Source of the DNA: a virus | Length of the DNA: 64,000 nucleotides | Virus record (IMG/VR): IMGVR_UViG_3300012920_000023 | Coordinates: 1-64,000 of that record | Strand: one strand, 5' to 3' | In this document: one piece after another, positions 17,906 to 27,795 of the stretch | Position numbering within the stretch: the first letter of the stretch is position 1 | Layout of the letters: each line of letters begins with the position of its first letter | Made by a program: the position numbers and the translations under genes | Notes under the pieces: model-generated | What the model saw: only the letters and a program-made list of their open reading frames with translations | What the model was told of the DNA's origin: nothing | Databases searched by the model: none

Positions 17906-19966
17906 ATGTCGGTCATAGTGAACAGCAACGGTCGGGCACATAGTCAACGCTCTAGTGAAGAAGAGTTGGCCTTAGTTATGGCCGAGTTAGAAAACCTATC
18001 TCCCGAAGAACGTGCTCTTTTAGAAGCGACGATGAAAGAGTTGCACTCCGGACAGAATGAGATCGTTAAAGCAATCTCAAAACAGAGATGGCGATGGACT
18101 CCGGTTGACATGGACACATTTCTCGATGATCCCTATTACCTAGGCGAGTCCTCAAAGACACTTTATCCGAAAATTAGAGCCGATTTGAAAGAAGCCTTAA
18201 CCTCCGGTCGGTATCGTGAGATGGTACTCACCGGCGGTATAGGGTACGGGAAAACAACCTTTATTTCATTTGCAGTCGCCCGGATGCTATATGAGATATC
18301 CTGCTTAAGAAACCCACAGGAATCTTATGGTCTGAGTGCAGGGTCTGAGGTCGTTGTGGCTCTTATTTCAAAGAGTCTGCACGTTGCTCGTCAAGTCATG
18401 AAAACTGCTGTAGAAGATAAGTTAAAAATAAGCCCATACTTTCAACAGCATTTTAAAGGCCGGGCAAACCGTGATGTTACGTCATTCCCACACAACGTCA
18501 TGTTAGTAATAGGCTCATGCAACTCCGAGCGTGTCTTAGGTATGAATGTTATCGGAGGTGCGATGGACGAGGCCAACTTTATGACCACTAAAGGACAGGT
18601 GATCAAAGGGCAGGCCGGGGCTAAAAAAAGCATTGCTCAGTATGATTTGGCCGAAAAGGTTTATGCGTCGATTGTTCGTCGTATCAAGTCTCGTTTTTTA
18701 AAGTCTGCAAATGACCTGCCCGGACTTATGGTGCTTGCTTCATCGGCGACTACTGTAAACTCTTTCACAGACAGAAAAATTAAGGCTTCGACAAGTGATC
18801 CCACGGTATTTGTTAGGGATTATGCGAATTGGGAGGTAAAACCGCAGGAGAATTTCTCCGGAGAGAGGTTTGAAGTAGTGGTCGGAAATGGTGGTTTACG
18901 CTCAAAAATACTGAACCCGGATGCCACAGACTCAGAGCGTCGATACTATACAGAGGCCGGGTGTCGTATAATCAATGTGCCTATAGAGTATGTAGAGGAC
19001 TTTGAACGTGATCTAGAATCGGCGATAAGAGACATTGCCGGTATCGCCACACATGCCATATCTGCCTACATACACAGGCTTGAAAAGATTGAAGATGCGG
19101 TGGTGAGATACGATCATGTCCAAGGTTATCAAGCGATTGGCCATCCCTGTACGTCTGATGAATACACAATGAACACTAACTTTGATTTCATGTGGGGTCG
19201 TTTCTGCCGTAAGGGTAAACGCCGTCTCAAAGGGGGGCATGAGGAATATGTTTGGCGTCCTAAGAACGCACCGGGGAAAGCAAGATATATTCACATAGAC
19301 ACTTCTCTGTCCGGTGACTCAACGGGCTTTGTTATGGGTCATATAGACAGACATATTGAAGTAATTCGACGGAATGAGAGTGGTGAAGAGTACTCTGATG
19401 TTGCACCTTTTATAGTTATTGATCTTCTTTTGAGAGTAAACCCACCCGACGGCGATCAAATATTCCTCCCGGACGTTCGACGTATGGTTTATGAACTGCA
19501 AGAGCATGGGTTTCATATTGCAGGCATGTCCTGTGATTCTTATCAGAGTGCAGAGATGATCCAACAGATGAAGAGGCGTGGGGTTAAAGCAGATGTTTTG
19601 TCTGTTGATAGAACCACTGATCCTTATGACGCTTTGAAGTCTGCACTCTATGAGGATAGAATCGCATTTTATGAGTATGCTCCTTTAATCAACGAACTTA
19701 AAACCCTTGAATATGACTCAATAAGACGTAAAGTAGATCACCCGGTTGCCGGCTCCAAAGATGTGGCCGATGCTCTCGCAGGTGTAGTTTATGGCCTTAT
19801 GCAGATGAGACAATCTGCACCTCTTTTAATCAATCAGAGTAAAGGGAGAGTTGAAAATATTTCGTGGATAATGGAAGATAACAAAGTTCCTTGGAAAGCA
19901 GGCAACCCTTTGCCTGCAAAATATGACAATGACGCTAACTCTCCACTCCCAATTATAATAGGTTAA
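17906..19966 (+). CDS. terL: Terminase large subunit
   Basis: Walker A GGIGYGKT, Walker B MDEANF, nuclease motifs HIDTS..D.TG and GSKDVADA. Confidence 0.92.
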   Translation: MSVIVNSNGRAHSQRSSEEELALVMAELENLSPEERALLEATMKELHSGQNEIVKAISKQRWRWTPVDMDTFLDDPYYLGESSKTLYPKIRADLKEALTSGRYREMVLTGGIGYGKTTFISFAVARMLYEISCLRNPQESYGLSAGSEVVVALISKSLHVARQVMKTAVEDKLKISPYFQQHFKGRANRDVTSFPHNVMLVIGSCNSERVLGMNVIGGAMDEANFMTTKGQVIKGQAGAKKSIAQYDLAEKVYASIVRRIKSRFLKSANDLPGLMVLASSATTVNSFTDRKIKASTSDPTVFVRDYANWEVKPQENFSGERFEVVVGNGGLRSKILNPDATDSERRYYTEAGCRIINVPIEYVEDFERDLESAIRDIAGIATHAISAYIHRLEKIEDAVVRYDHVQGYQAIGHPCTSDEYTMNTNFDFMWGRFCRKGKRRLKGGHEEYVWRPKNAPGKARYIHIDTSLSGDSTGFVMGHIDRHIEVIRRNESGEEYSDVAPFIVIDLLLRVNPPDGDQIFLPDVRRMVYELQEHGFHIAGMSCDSYQSAEMIQQMKRRGVKADVLSVDRTTDPYDALKSALYEDRIAFYEYAPLINELKTLEYDSIRRKVDHPVAGSKDVADALAGVVYGLMQMRQSAPLLINQSKGRVENISWIMEDNKVPWKAGNPLPAKYDNDANSPLPIIIG

Positions 19967-19969
19967 ATC

Positions 19970-21517
19970 ATGGGTCTAAGTAAGAACGCATTACAGAAAT
20001 TAAAAGGGTGGTACTCCGGAGAGTCCAACACTGCCGACTTAAAACGTGGTGAGGATAGCGTAAAGCCATCTGTTACGGGTTACCATGCGTTTGGTGCTAC
20101 CGGGTATGACAACCTTTCCTCAACGCTTAAACTTGAAAACAGTATGCTAGAGCGATACGCAGACTATGAAGAGATGGACGATTATCCGGAGATATCGTCT
20201 GCCTTAGATATTTATGCTGATGACGCTACTGTGCCGGATAGTCTCACCGGGTTTACCGTTAACGTAAAGAGTAAGTCTGACGAAGTAAACACACTTCTGA
20301 ATACGATGCTTCATAAAAAAGTAAAAATTGATGAGCAGATTTGGCCCATAACAAGGACTCTAACTAAATATGGAAACGCTTATGCCGAGTTGTTGGTTGA
20401 CGATACCGGGGTTGTTGGCATAAACCCCTTGCCATCTCCGACTGTAAGAAGAATAGAGACAAAAAAAGGCTCCCTTTTAGGTTTTGTTCAAGATTCGTCC
20501 GGCAAGTTTTCTGTTGATAAAGGTATGATCATAAAGGCTCTGAAAGATCCGGATGGCCCTAGGTTGGTCAAGGGTTCAGAGACAGTTATATTTGAGAGGT
20601 CAGAGGTTGTTCATTGGCGTTTAATAGGCAAGAACTTAGCGAGTGAATATGGGTATAGCGTTTTAGATTCGGCGAGGTGGATTTGGCGTCGTCTTGTTAT
20701 GGCCGAGGACTCAGCATTAGTATACAAATTGACACGATCTCCTAGCCGGTTTGCCTTTTACATTGATGTAGGAGATCTCCCATCGGGGCAAGCGATGGCA
20801 TACGTCAATCAAGTCAAACAGCAGTTTAAGAAAAAGAAACTGTACAACCCGGGTACAGGTAAACTTGATTTTAGAATCAACCCTCTTGCTCCCGATGAGG
20901 ACTTTTTTATACCCACCCGTGGAGGGCAGGAGTCAACTCGTATTGATATAATGCAGGGAGCAGACAGTCAGTCAGTTGCTGATCTACAGTATTTTAGAAA
21001 TAAACTATTTTCTGCGTTGAAAGTACCGAAATCATATTTGGGTGCGGACGGTGCGACTAATCGTGCTTCTCTCTCACAGGAGGACGTAAGATTCGCTCGT
21101 ACAGTTATGAGGATTCAGAGAGAGGTCAGAAATGGACTTAAGCGTATGTGTGAGGTTCATTTGGCGATCAATGGTATCGATCCGGCGAGCGTTCAGTTTG
21201 ATATAAAGATGAGTAACCCATCGAGTATTTTTGAGATGGCACAGATTGAACTGCGTAACGCACAGGCAGACAATGCACGTTCTCTACTTGAGTTCTTCCC
21301 GAGGACTTATGTTATGAGCCGGGTATTTGATCTTCCGAGAGAAGAGGCAGAATCTCTCTTAGATCAAAAGGCACAGGAATCGACAGACAAGATGAAAGCA
21401 TTGGCACAACGACAACTAGAGTTAAGAAAAGAATTCCCGACAGTTGACCCTGCGTTATTGCCTGTTATAGAATCTTATACAAAGCACAAACATGAAGAGG
21501 ACTCAGATGTTGATTGA
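19970..21517 (+). CDS. Portal protein (T4 gp20-like)
   Basis: YEEMD.YPEISSALDIYADD, EDSALVYKL.RSP.R.AFYIDVG, EDFFIP, LKVPKSYL. Confidence 0.93.
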   Translation: MGLSKNALQKLKGWYSGESNTADLKRGEDSVKPSVTGYHAFGATGYDNLSSTLKLENSMLERYADYEEMDDYPEISSALDIYADDATVPDSLTGFTVNVKSKSDEVNTLLNTMLHKKVKIDEQIWPITRTLTKYGNAYAELLVDDTGVVGINPLPSPTVRRIETKKGSLLGFVQDSSGKFSVDKGMIIKALKDPDGPRLVKGSETVIFERSEVVHWRLIGKNLASEYGYSVLDSARWIWRRLVMAEDSALVYKLTRSPSRFAFYIDVGDLPSGQAMAYVNQVKQQFKKKKLYNPGTGKLDFRINPLAPDEDFFIPTRGGQESTRIDIMQGADSQSVADLQYFRNKLFSALKVPKSYLGADGATNRASLSQEDVRFARTVMRIQREVRNGLKRMCEVHLAINGIDPASVQFDIKMSNPSSIFEMAQIELRNAQADNARSLLEFFPRTYVMSRVFDLPREEAESLLDQKAQESTDKMKALAQRQLELRKEFPTVDPALLPVIESYTKHKHEEDSDVD

Positions 21518-22277
21518 CCCCAAGCAGGCCGAACGAGTGTTTGAAGACACTTATGAAGACAGAATTCGTGCACTCGTGTGCACATGTAATGAAAAAGGTT
21601 GGTCTTTAGTATCAACTAAAGCGGACTCTGCTCATGTAATAGAGTCGGATGGTCGTTTGGCAAAACGGAGTTATACTTTCACCGAATCGGGTATTGATTG
21701 GGGCAGAGCATATTACTTGGAAACTTTCCCATCATCGGATGCTGTAGGTTTAGTGTCCAAGACGATCAGAGATTTGGCTAAGAATATACTTGAAAGCGAT
21801 GATCCTAAAATAAACCGGGAGAGCCTAGGTCAACTTAGTCAACACGCCAAAGACTATATGTCAGTTCCGAGTGCTATGAGTGTACTCTCCGGCGGAGAGA
21901 TGGTCGAGTTCTATGAAGAGAACAAGGAATCAGTCCGAAAATCATGCCGGGGAAACCTTGGTGACATAGAGGCTTCAATCAAGATTACTTACTATACTAA
22001 TATGAGTCAAAAAAGAATGGTTGAGCATCTTGATGAGATCAAGGCGACTTTAACTACTTGTGCAAAGGCTCTTGACACATTAGAATGTCATGGCGACGGC
22101 AATATCTTTTCACATATCGCAAACTTTAAGGAGAATGCGATTAAGGCTTCCGCTATAATCAAGCACTCCGGGTGTAGTCCGGAAAATATGGCGAAATCTG
22201 CCGATTACTTTTCAAGATCTTTATTAACTGCTAATATTTTAAAGGACTACGCTGTCCGAACAAACGAAGGGAATTAA
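21507..22277 (+). CDS. Hypothetical head-region protein
   Basis: Lies between portal and core genes. Confidence 0.7.
   Translation: MLIDPKQAERVFEDTYEDRIRALVCTCNEKGWSLVSTKADSAHVIESDGRLAKRSYTFTESGIDWGRAYYLETFPSSDAVGLVSKTIRDLAKNILESDDPKINRESLGQLSQHAKDYMSVPSAMSVLSGGEMVEFYEENKESVRKSCRGNLGDIEASIKITYYTNMSQKRMVEHLDEIKATLTTCAKALDTLECHGDGNIFSHIANFKENAIKASAIIKHSGCSPENMAKSADYFSRSLLTANILKDYAVRTNEGN
21568..21583. promoter_or_regulatory. 16-bp parS-like palindrome, copy 3 (intragenic)
   Basis: GTGCAC-TCGT-GTGCAC. Confidence 0.65.
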
Positions 22278-22281
22278 CACC

Positions 22282-23292
22282 ATGTTACCATTCAAGCAAT
22301 TCCGAGGTAACCTTGCGGAAGACCTAGATTTCTTAGGTTTAAGCACACAAGCCACAAACGCTCTTGCAGAGAGCCGTATTTCAGAAGAGACTTATGCTCC
22401 TATTTCTGAAAGCACCGAGTTGTCTTACTCAGAGGGAGAGTCTCCTTATGTGTCTGAGTCAACTTTGGAGCAGATCGGTGCTCTCGTCGACACTGATTCT
22501 CTCACTGCGGAAGAGGCAAATAGTATCATTGAGGGTCTTATGTCAAAGGCTCCGGAAGCCGACTGCGGTGACCTTTTTGATGCTGTTTTTGAGAGCCTAC
22601 AGGCCATCGCCGAGGGCAATGAGATCGCAGAAAGCAACTTTGAAGCCGGTGACATTGAGAGTGCTCTTTTGACCATTCTTGAGTCAATCGAAAATAATGA
22701 CATCACAGGTTTAGAGGCTATCCGAGTTCTTAATGCTATCATCGACGCACCTCTTGATGAAGATCTAGGCGGTCTGCGTGACGAGGTTGTTGAGGAACTT
22801 TCTCAACTTACTGAGTTGCGTAAGATCTTGAAAAAGGTCGGTGGATCGATCAAGAGAGTTACGGTAAAGAGAATGTCTTCCTCAGATCGAGCAAAGGCTC
22901 GTCAACGCTATCGCAAGAATCGGGCGAAGATCAAAAGACAACGAATCAAGCGTGGCAAGAAAGCAGTCGTAAAGCGAGCAAAGGAACTTATGGATCGGGC
23001 ACGCAAGAAATTCAAGCGAGAGTCTAATGAGTTGGCTCAACGCCTCCGCAATCGTGCTCTTGCAGAGTCAACCGCATTCGCAGACGACACTCATATCGTT
23101 GAACGCATTGGTCGTGTCTTCTATGAGTTGACCTACCATGTGAATGAAGATGTTATTGCAGTGATGGAAGATCAATTTGACATTCTCTGCACTTCACTTT
23201 GCGAGTCTCAAGAGGAACTCGAGTTGGCAGTACGACCTTGTGTAGCGATTATCGCCGAATGCATGAGGGATATTGAACAGGGAAACTGCTAA
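22282..23292 (+). CDS. Prohead core/scaffold protein
   Basis: Acidic with many (L/I)xE sites plus a K/R-rich block like T4-type core proteins; precedes the protease. Confidence 0.7.
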   Translation: MLPFKQFRGNLAEDLDFLGLSTQATNALAESRISEETYAPISESTELSYSEGESPYVSESTLEQIGALVDTDSLTAEEANSIIEGLMSKAPEADCGDLFDAVFESLQAIAEGNEIAESNFEAGDIESALLTILESIENNDITGLEAIRVLNAIIDAPLDEDLGGLRDEVVEELSQLTELRKILKKVGGSIKRVTVKRMSSSDRAKARQRYRKNRAKIKRQRIKRGKKAVVKRAKELMDRARKKFKRESNELAQRLRNRALAESTAFADDTHIVERIGRVFYELTYHVNEDVIAVMEDQFDILCTSLCESQEELELAVRPCVAIIAECMRDIEQGNC

Positions 23293-23489
23293 ACGAGTAT
23301 GGGCGTAAAAGACGTATGCATTATCGCTCCGAGCGACGTTATCGTACTTTGCTCGACGTACTTCGCCCATACTTTCCCTCTCGAAATGGCAATAAGACAA
23401 AGCGACGTGTGAAAACTCCCTTGTCTAAAAAAGTATTAACTACTATGATAGACCCTAACTTAAAATACAAATCGTGGAATAGGCATTAG
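23280..23489 (+). CDS. -1 frameshift extension of the core protein (68 codons, basic)
   Basis: G GGA AAC at 23280-23286; stem 23296-23305/23364-23373; -1 frame open to TAG ending 23489. Confidence 0.65.
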   Translation, partial: GKLLNEYGRKRRMHYRSERRYRTLLDVLRPYFPSRNGNKTKRRVKTPLSKKVLTTMIDPNLKYKSWNRH

Positions 23490-23493
23490 TATA

Positions 23494-24987
23494 ATGAGCA
23501 CTAAACTCTTAATCGACGCTATGCCCATCATGCTGACTCTTGATGAGTCAAGTAAGGATGGCAAAGTTATCGCCCGAGGCGAGTTTGCACGGTGCGATAT
23601 CCCGACGCAGAATGGTCGCAAATACTCTCGTGCATTATATGAAAGAGAAATCACAAGACTGCAAGAGACGATTAAGCGTCGTCGTTGTTTTGGAGAACTC
23701 GATCATCCGGCAGACGGTAAGACCATGCTCCAACGTGTAAGTCACTTAGTAACTGACCTAAAATTGGAAGATGATGGACGGGTTGTTGGCGAAGCGGAGA
23801 TTCTTGACACTCCTGCCGGCAAAACACTCAAGGCTATTTTGAGTGCCGGAGCAGAGGCAGGCGTATCAAGCCGAGGGTTTGGCTCAACTAAGCCTAACAA
23901 AGACGGATCTATGGATGTAGGTTCTGATTTTGTTTTAAGGACATTCGATTTCGTGGCAGACCCTGCCATGAAGACGGCCTATCCGGACGTATTTACTGAG
24001 GACACCGATACCCCGGAGTTTACAGTCGAAGACCTTGAAAACTCATTCCCGGAGTTAGTAGCGGAGGCACAGACTCGTTCAAAGATGGCTCAAGATGAGA
24101 TCAATGATATTGTCGAGAAAGAACGCCAACGTGTTAGAGAGTCAATGGAAGAGGATTTTGCTCAAAAACTTGCGACGGCACTTACCGGGATCAGAGATGA
24201 TCTTAAAGAGGATGTGCGTCAAGAGTATGAGCAGGCCGAATCCGCACAAGCACATGTTGCCCTGCATAAAATCGCCCAAATTGTCGGCCCAATGGTGAGC
24301 AGTGCTTCACCGGACGAGCAGACTATGAGAGACGCTTTAGAGTCAACTCAAATGCAAGTGGTTGAACTTGAAAACCAACTGCAAGAAGCCAAGGACTTAT
24401 TACAAGTATCCGGGTTTGCTATGCACGTTGAGAGTAAAATCGGGGGTCACCCCAAGCGAGACGCTATTAAACGCCTTTTAGGTAAAGTGTCTCACTATCA
24501 AAACACGGAAGAACTCGACGCACGCATTGATGAAATTACCGAGGAATTTCATGTAGTGTTAGAAGCCGAACGTGCGAAAGAGCAAGTGGTCAATGAAGAC
24601 TTGGAGCATGAAGTTATTCGCTTAACTGAGGAAACCGAGTCTTTACATGAGCAGATTGATACCCTTAAAGCCCAATTGAAACGGGCTTTAAATGAGGGGC
24701 ATGACGCAAAAGTGACTGCTTACAAACAGAAGAAAGCATCCGGCTATACTAACAGTCAAGAGTTGATGAACTTGTTAGAAAACGCAGGAAACGAATCTCA
24801 AATTGATAAGGTTGTTGACCAATTTGGTCGCCGTTCGGTCTCTGATGATAGTCTAGAGTCCTTGCGTCAACGTCTGCAACGTGGCAACCTTAGAAAAGAG
24901 ACAGCAACATTGGAAGAGGACTCTAGTTCTCCATCCCGAACATTAGACGTATCATTCTCTGAAATTAAAGCCTTAGCAGGCATCTAA
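23494..24987 (+). CDS. Prohead protease (gp21-like) fused to a coiled-coil scaffold
   Basis: NGRKY, GELDHP, LDTPAG, GVSSRGFGS, FDFVADP; acidic coiled-coil C-terminus. Confidence 0.92.
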   Translation: MSTKLLIDAMPIMLTLDESSKDGKVIARGEFARCDIPTQNGRKYSRALYEREITRLQETIKRRRCFGELDHPADGKTMLQRVSHLVTDLKLEDDGRVVGEAEILDTPAGKTLKAILSAGAEAGVSSRGFGSTKPNKDGSMDVGSDFVLRTFDFVADPAMKTAYPDVFTEDTDTPEFTVEDLENSFPELVAEAQTRSKMAQDEINDIVEKERQRVRESMEEDFAQKLATALTGIRDDLKEDVRQEYEQAESAQAHVALHKIAQIVGPMVSSASPDEQTMRDALESTQMQVVELENQLQEAKDLLQVSGFAMHVESKIGGHPKRDAIKRLLGKVSHYQNTEELDARIDEITEEFHVVLEAERAKEQVVNEDLEHEVIRLTEETESLHEQIDTLKAQLKRALNEGHDAKVTAYKQKKASGYTNSQELMNLLENAGNESQIDKVVDQFGRRSVSDDSLESLRQRLQRGNLRKETATLEEDSSSPSRTLDVSFSEIKALAGI

Positions 24988-25003
24988 GAAAAAGGACATT
25001 ATC

Positions 25004-26587
25004 ATGGAAGCAAGACGACTTCTTTCTGAGGGCGGTCAACGAACCGCAATCGACGCATCTTATGTGAACCAAGTATCACAAAAATGGCAACCACTTTTAG
25101 AGGGTATTCAGAATCCCTATCAACGTGGTGTTATGGCTATGGTTTTTGAGAACCAAATGGATCACTTACGCAGTCTCAATGAAGAGACTCTGAGTACCGG
25201 AGTAGGTTCTTTCACTAAGTACATCTTCCCGATTCTACGACGAGTCTTCCCTAACTTGATCGCTAACAACATTGTTAGTGTTCAACCTATGACTGCTCCT
25301 ATCGGCGGTGTGTTCACTTACGAGCATAAGTACGGTGCAAGCAAAGGACTTGCGACTGAGGGCAATAATCTTCTTGAGGATTTCCAAAAGAACTACTCAA
25401 GCGAGTACATTGACTTTCAAACTATCGTCGCTTCCGGAAATGTTGATGGAGCCAAGGTTAAATGGGACAACCAAACTAACCAAGACGAGCGTATCCCTGT
25501 TAAATGGTTGCCGGTAGCAGTACCTAACACTGCTAAAGGTGTCACCGCACTAACGGTTTCTTGGAAGAGTGGTGGTGCAGACAAATCTCGTACTGCGAGT
25601 GCCACTAACTCAAACGGAGCCGGTGATGGTACTTCATTCAAAGTCAACTTTAACACAGGTACTTGGGAACTCGATGCCACAAATGATGTTCCCGACGCAG
25701 GAACCGCAATCTCTATCGCTTATTACTACGATTCAGAGCGTGTAGGTTCTAACAAACTCGGCGGTGCATTATCATCAACTGATTATGCTTCTGATGATCG
25801 TGTCTCTGCTATTCCCGACGTTAATCTCGACATTCAACTTGTCACCATTGAAGCGATCACTCGTAAACTCAAGGCTCGATGGAGTGCTGAAGCGGTTGAC
25901 GATCTTCGTGCGTTCCACGGTCTTAATGCAGAAGCAGAACTCGTTGCAGGTATCTCTAACGAAATCGCTCTTGAACTTGATCGTGAAATCATCGATGACC
26001 TCGTTGCCGGTTCTAAGTTCTCTACAACTTACGACCTAGGTTCAACAGGTCTTATCGGTGGTGTGAATTCTGCGAGCGAGTTACAAGTTATTCGTGGTCT
26101 TCTCACTGCGATTGACTCTGTGTCTGCTAACATTCACCGTCATTCTTTGCGTGCTCCTGCTAACTTCGTCGTTGTTAGCCCGGAGATCGGTGCACTTCTT
26201 GGTCAACTTACTTCACACGGTGACTTCATGATGGTTAACCGTCTTCATGACCAAGTGACTGCTCCATCATACGGCCCAATGACTTCAAACTTTGGTGTAC
26301 AACGACTCGGTACTTTGATGAACAAATATGCGGTTTACCAAGACCCATTCTTGTCAGCAGGTTCATCAAACAAAGACATTCTTGTCGGTCTTAAGGGACA
26401 AAACTTCTTGGATGCCGGTTATGTGTACGCACCTTATGTACCTCTCCAAGTTACTCCTACTTTCCTTGACCCCGACGATTTCACTTTCCGCAAGGGACTC
26501 CGTACTCGCTATGCAACCAAGATGCTCCGCAACGAGTTCTATGGTCGTGTAAGCGTAACGGGCATGCCTAATATCACCGGAGCATAA
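25004..26587 (+). CDS. Major capsid protein (gp23-like)
   Basis: VSVQPMTAP, TRKLKARWS, EIALELDREII, YAPYVPL, KGLRTRYA. Confidence 0.96.
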   Translation: MEARRLLSEGGQRTAIDASYVNQVSQKWQPLLEGIQNPYQRGVMAMVFENQMDHLRSLNEETLSTGVGSFTKYIFPILRRVFPNLIANNIVSVQPMTAPIGGVFTYEHKYGASKGLATEGNNLLEDFQKNYSSEYIDFQTIVASGNVDGAKVKWDNQTNQDERIPVKWLPVAVPNTAKGVTALTVSWKSGGADKSRTASATNSNGAGDGTSFKVNFNTGTWELDATNDVPDAGTAISIAYYYDSERVGSNKLGGALSSTDYASDDRVSAIPDVNLDIQLVTIEAITRKLKARWSAEAVDDLRAFHGLNAEAELVAGISNEIALELDREIIDDLVAGSKFSTTYDLGSTGLIGGVNSASELQVIRGLLTAIDSVSANIHRHSLRAPANFVVVSPEIGALLGQLTSHGDFMMVNRLHDQVTAPSYGPMTSNFGVQRLGTLMNKYAVYQDPFLSAGSSNKDILVGLKGQNFLDAGYVYAPYVPLQVTPTFLDPDDFTFRKGLRTRYATKMLRNEFYGRVSVTGMPNITGA

Positions 26588-26662
26588 GTGATTTGAGTCT
26601 GTAAAGCCCTCGGGCTAAAGCAGTCAACGTCACACAAAAATATCGCCACTGACGGCTGTGTG

Positions 26663-26703
26663 AGCCGAGGCACAGGCCGGAGAATCGGTTCTGTACCTCG
26701 GCT
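26663..26703 (+). terminator. Long hairpin downstream of the capsid gene
   Basis: AGCCGAGG..ACAG..CTGT..CCTCGGCT stem followed by TTCATCATTT. Confidence 0.5.
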
Positions 26704-26728
26704 TTCATCATTTATGGAGCAAGAAAAA

Positions 26729-27307
26729 ATGAGTAGTAATAAGATTTGGCACTTAACCCTAACCCGAGCGACACACGCTACTAAGTTGACCTTTAGAGGT
26801 GACGGCGGTGGCGAGGTCACACTTGAGAGGGGAAAGATCACCATAACAAGTGTGAATCTAGGAGCAAACCTTGGATCACCGTTAGTGCGTGTAATCAGAG
26901 TCGAAGATAGGCACAAAGTGATTTCCGGTGCAGAAAGTAGACTTGATGCGGTTCAAAAAGCAGTTAAACCTCTCCCACGCCCTAAGCCTGCTAAGGTTGT
27001 GGAAGAGATCCCTGTCATTGAAGCCCCGGTTCCTGTAGTCGAAACTCCTGCCCCCGTCGTTGAAGCCCCGGCTCCTGCTGTCGAGGCAGAGCCTGTAAAG
27101 GTAGAAGTCGAGGAGCCTGCGGTCAGTCAACCATCAGAGGATTCTGCTAGTGAAGAAGAACCCTCTTCTGTTGAGCCTGTGGCGAAAGAAGAGCCTAAGT
27201 CTAAGCCCAAGCCTAGACCTCGTAAGAAAGCGACAACAACACGCAAGAAAACGGCTTCTAAGGCAACGGCTTCAAAAACTAGACGTTCAACTAAGAAATC
27301 TGACTGA
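26729..27307 (+). CDS. Hypothetical protein with Pro/Glu linker and basic tail
   Basis: PAPVVE repeats; K/R/T-rich C-terminus. Confidence 0.7.
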   Translation: MSSNKIWHLTLTRATHATKLTFRGDGGGEVTLERGKITITSVNLGANLGSPLVRVIRVEDRHKVISGAESRLDAVQKAVKPLPRPKPAKVVEEIPVIEAPVPVVETPAPVVEAPAPAVEAEPVKVEVEEPAVSQPSEDSASEEEPSSVEPVAKEEPKSKPKPRPRKKATTTRKKTASKATASKTRRSTKKSD

Positions 27308-27315
27308 TAAAGGAG

Positions 27316-27795
27316 TTGGCGATGACCCACGTTAATGTGAAAACTAAGTTGAGTGCACCGCTTTTCGATGGTGTCGTTGTCAATGAGTGGATTGATGAAA
27401 GTGGTTTCAGTTGTGTGCAGATAAGGAAAGACGACGACTCTTTGACTGTTGTGTCGGAGCGTTACTACGATATTGAGTTGAGTGAAGATCTCATGGGGGA
27501 ACAGGAGAATGTTCCTCCGAAAGATCAAGCCCCGGTCGAGCCAACGGCTCCTGTGGGTGCAGAGCCGGCAGGAGGGATGGGTGCAGTTGCCCCTATGCCT
27601 GTCGTTAAAGCAAAATCTAAGGAGACACTCAGTAGTGAAGACATAGAACGTGTCATTACTAAGGTTTCGGACGTGTCTTTGACTACTCTTAAGTCGATTG
27701 GCTTAAAGAGTGGCGAACTCTACCCACTTATGATTAAAATAAATGACGCTCTCCGGGCGACTTTATCTCACAAAAAGGAAAAGAAAGATGGCTAA
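27316..27795 (+). CDS. Hypothetical protein
   Basis: AAGGAG RBS, operonic. Confidence 0.7.
   Translation: MAMTHVNVKTKLSAPLFDGVVVNEWIDESGFSCVQIRKDDDSLTVVSERYYDIELSEDLMGEQENVPPKDQAPVEPTAPVGAEPAGGMGAVAPMPVVKAKSKETLSSEDIERVITKVSDVSLTTLKSIGLKSGELYPLMIKINDALRATLSHKKEKKDG

Noticed and set aside
23194-23400. 68-aa minus-strand ORF in the core-protease gap
   Set aside because: It is antisense within the head operon with no RBS; the gap is better explained by the plus-strand -1 frame.
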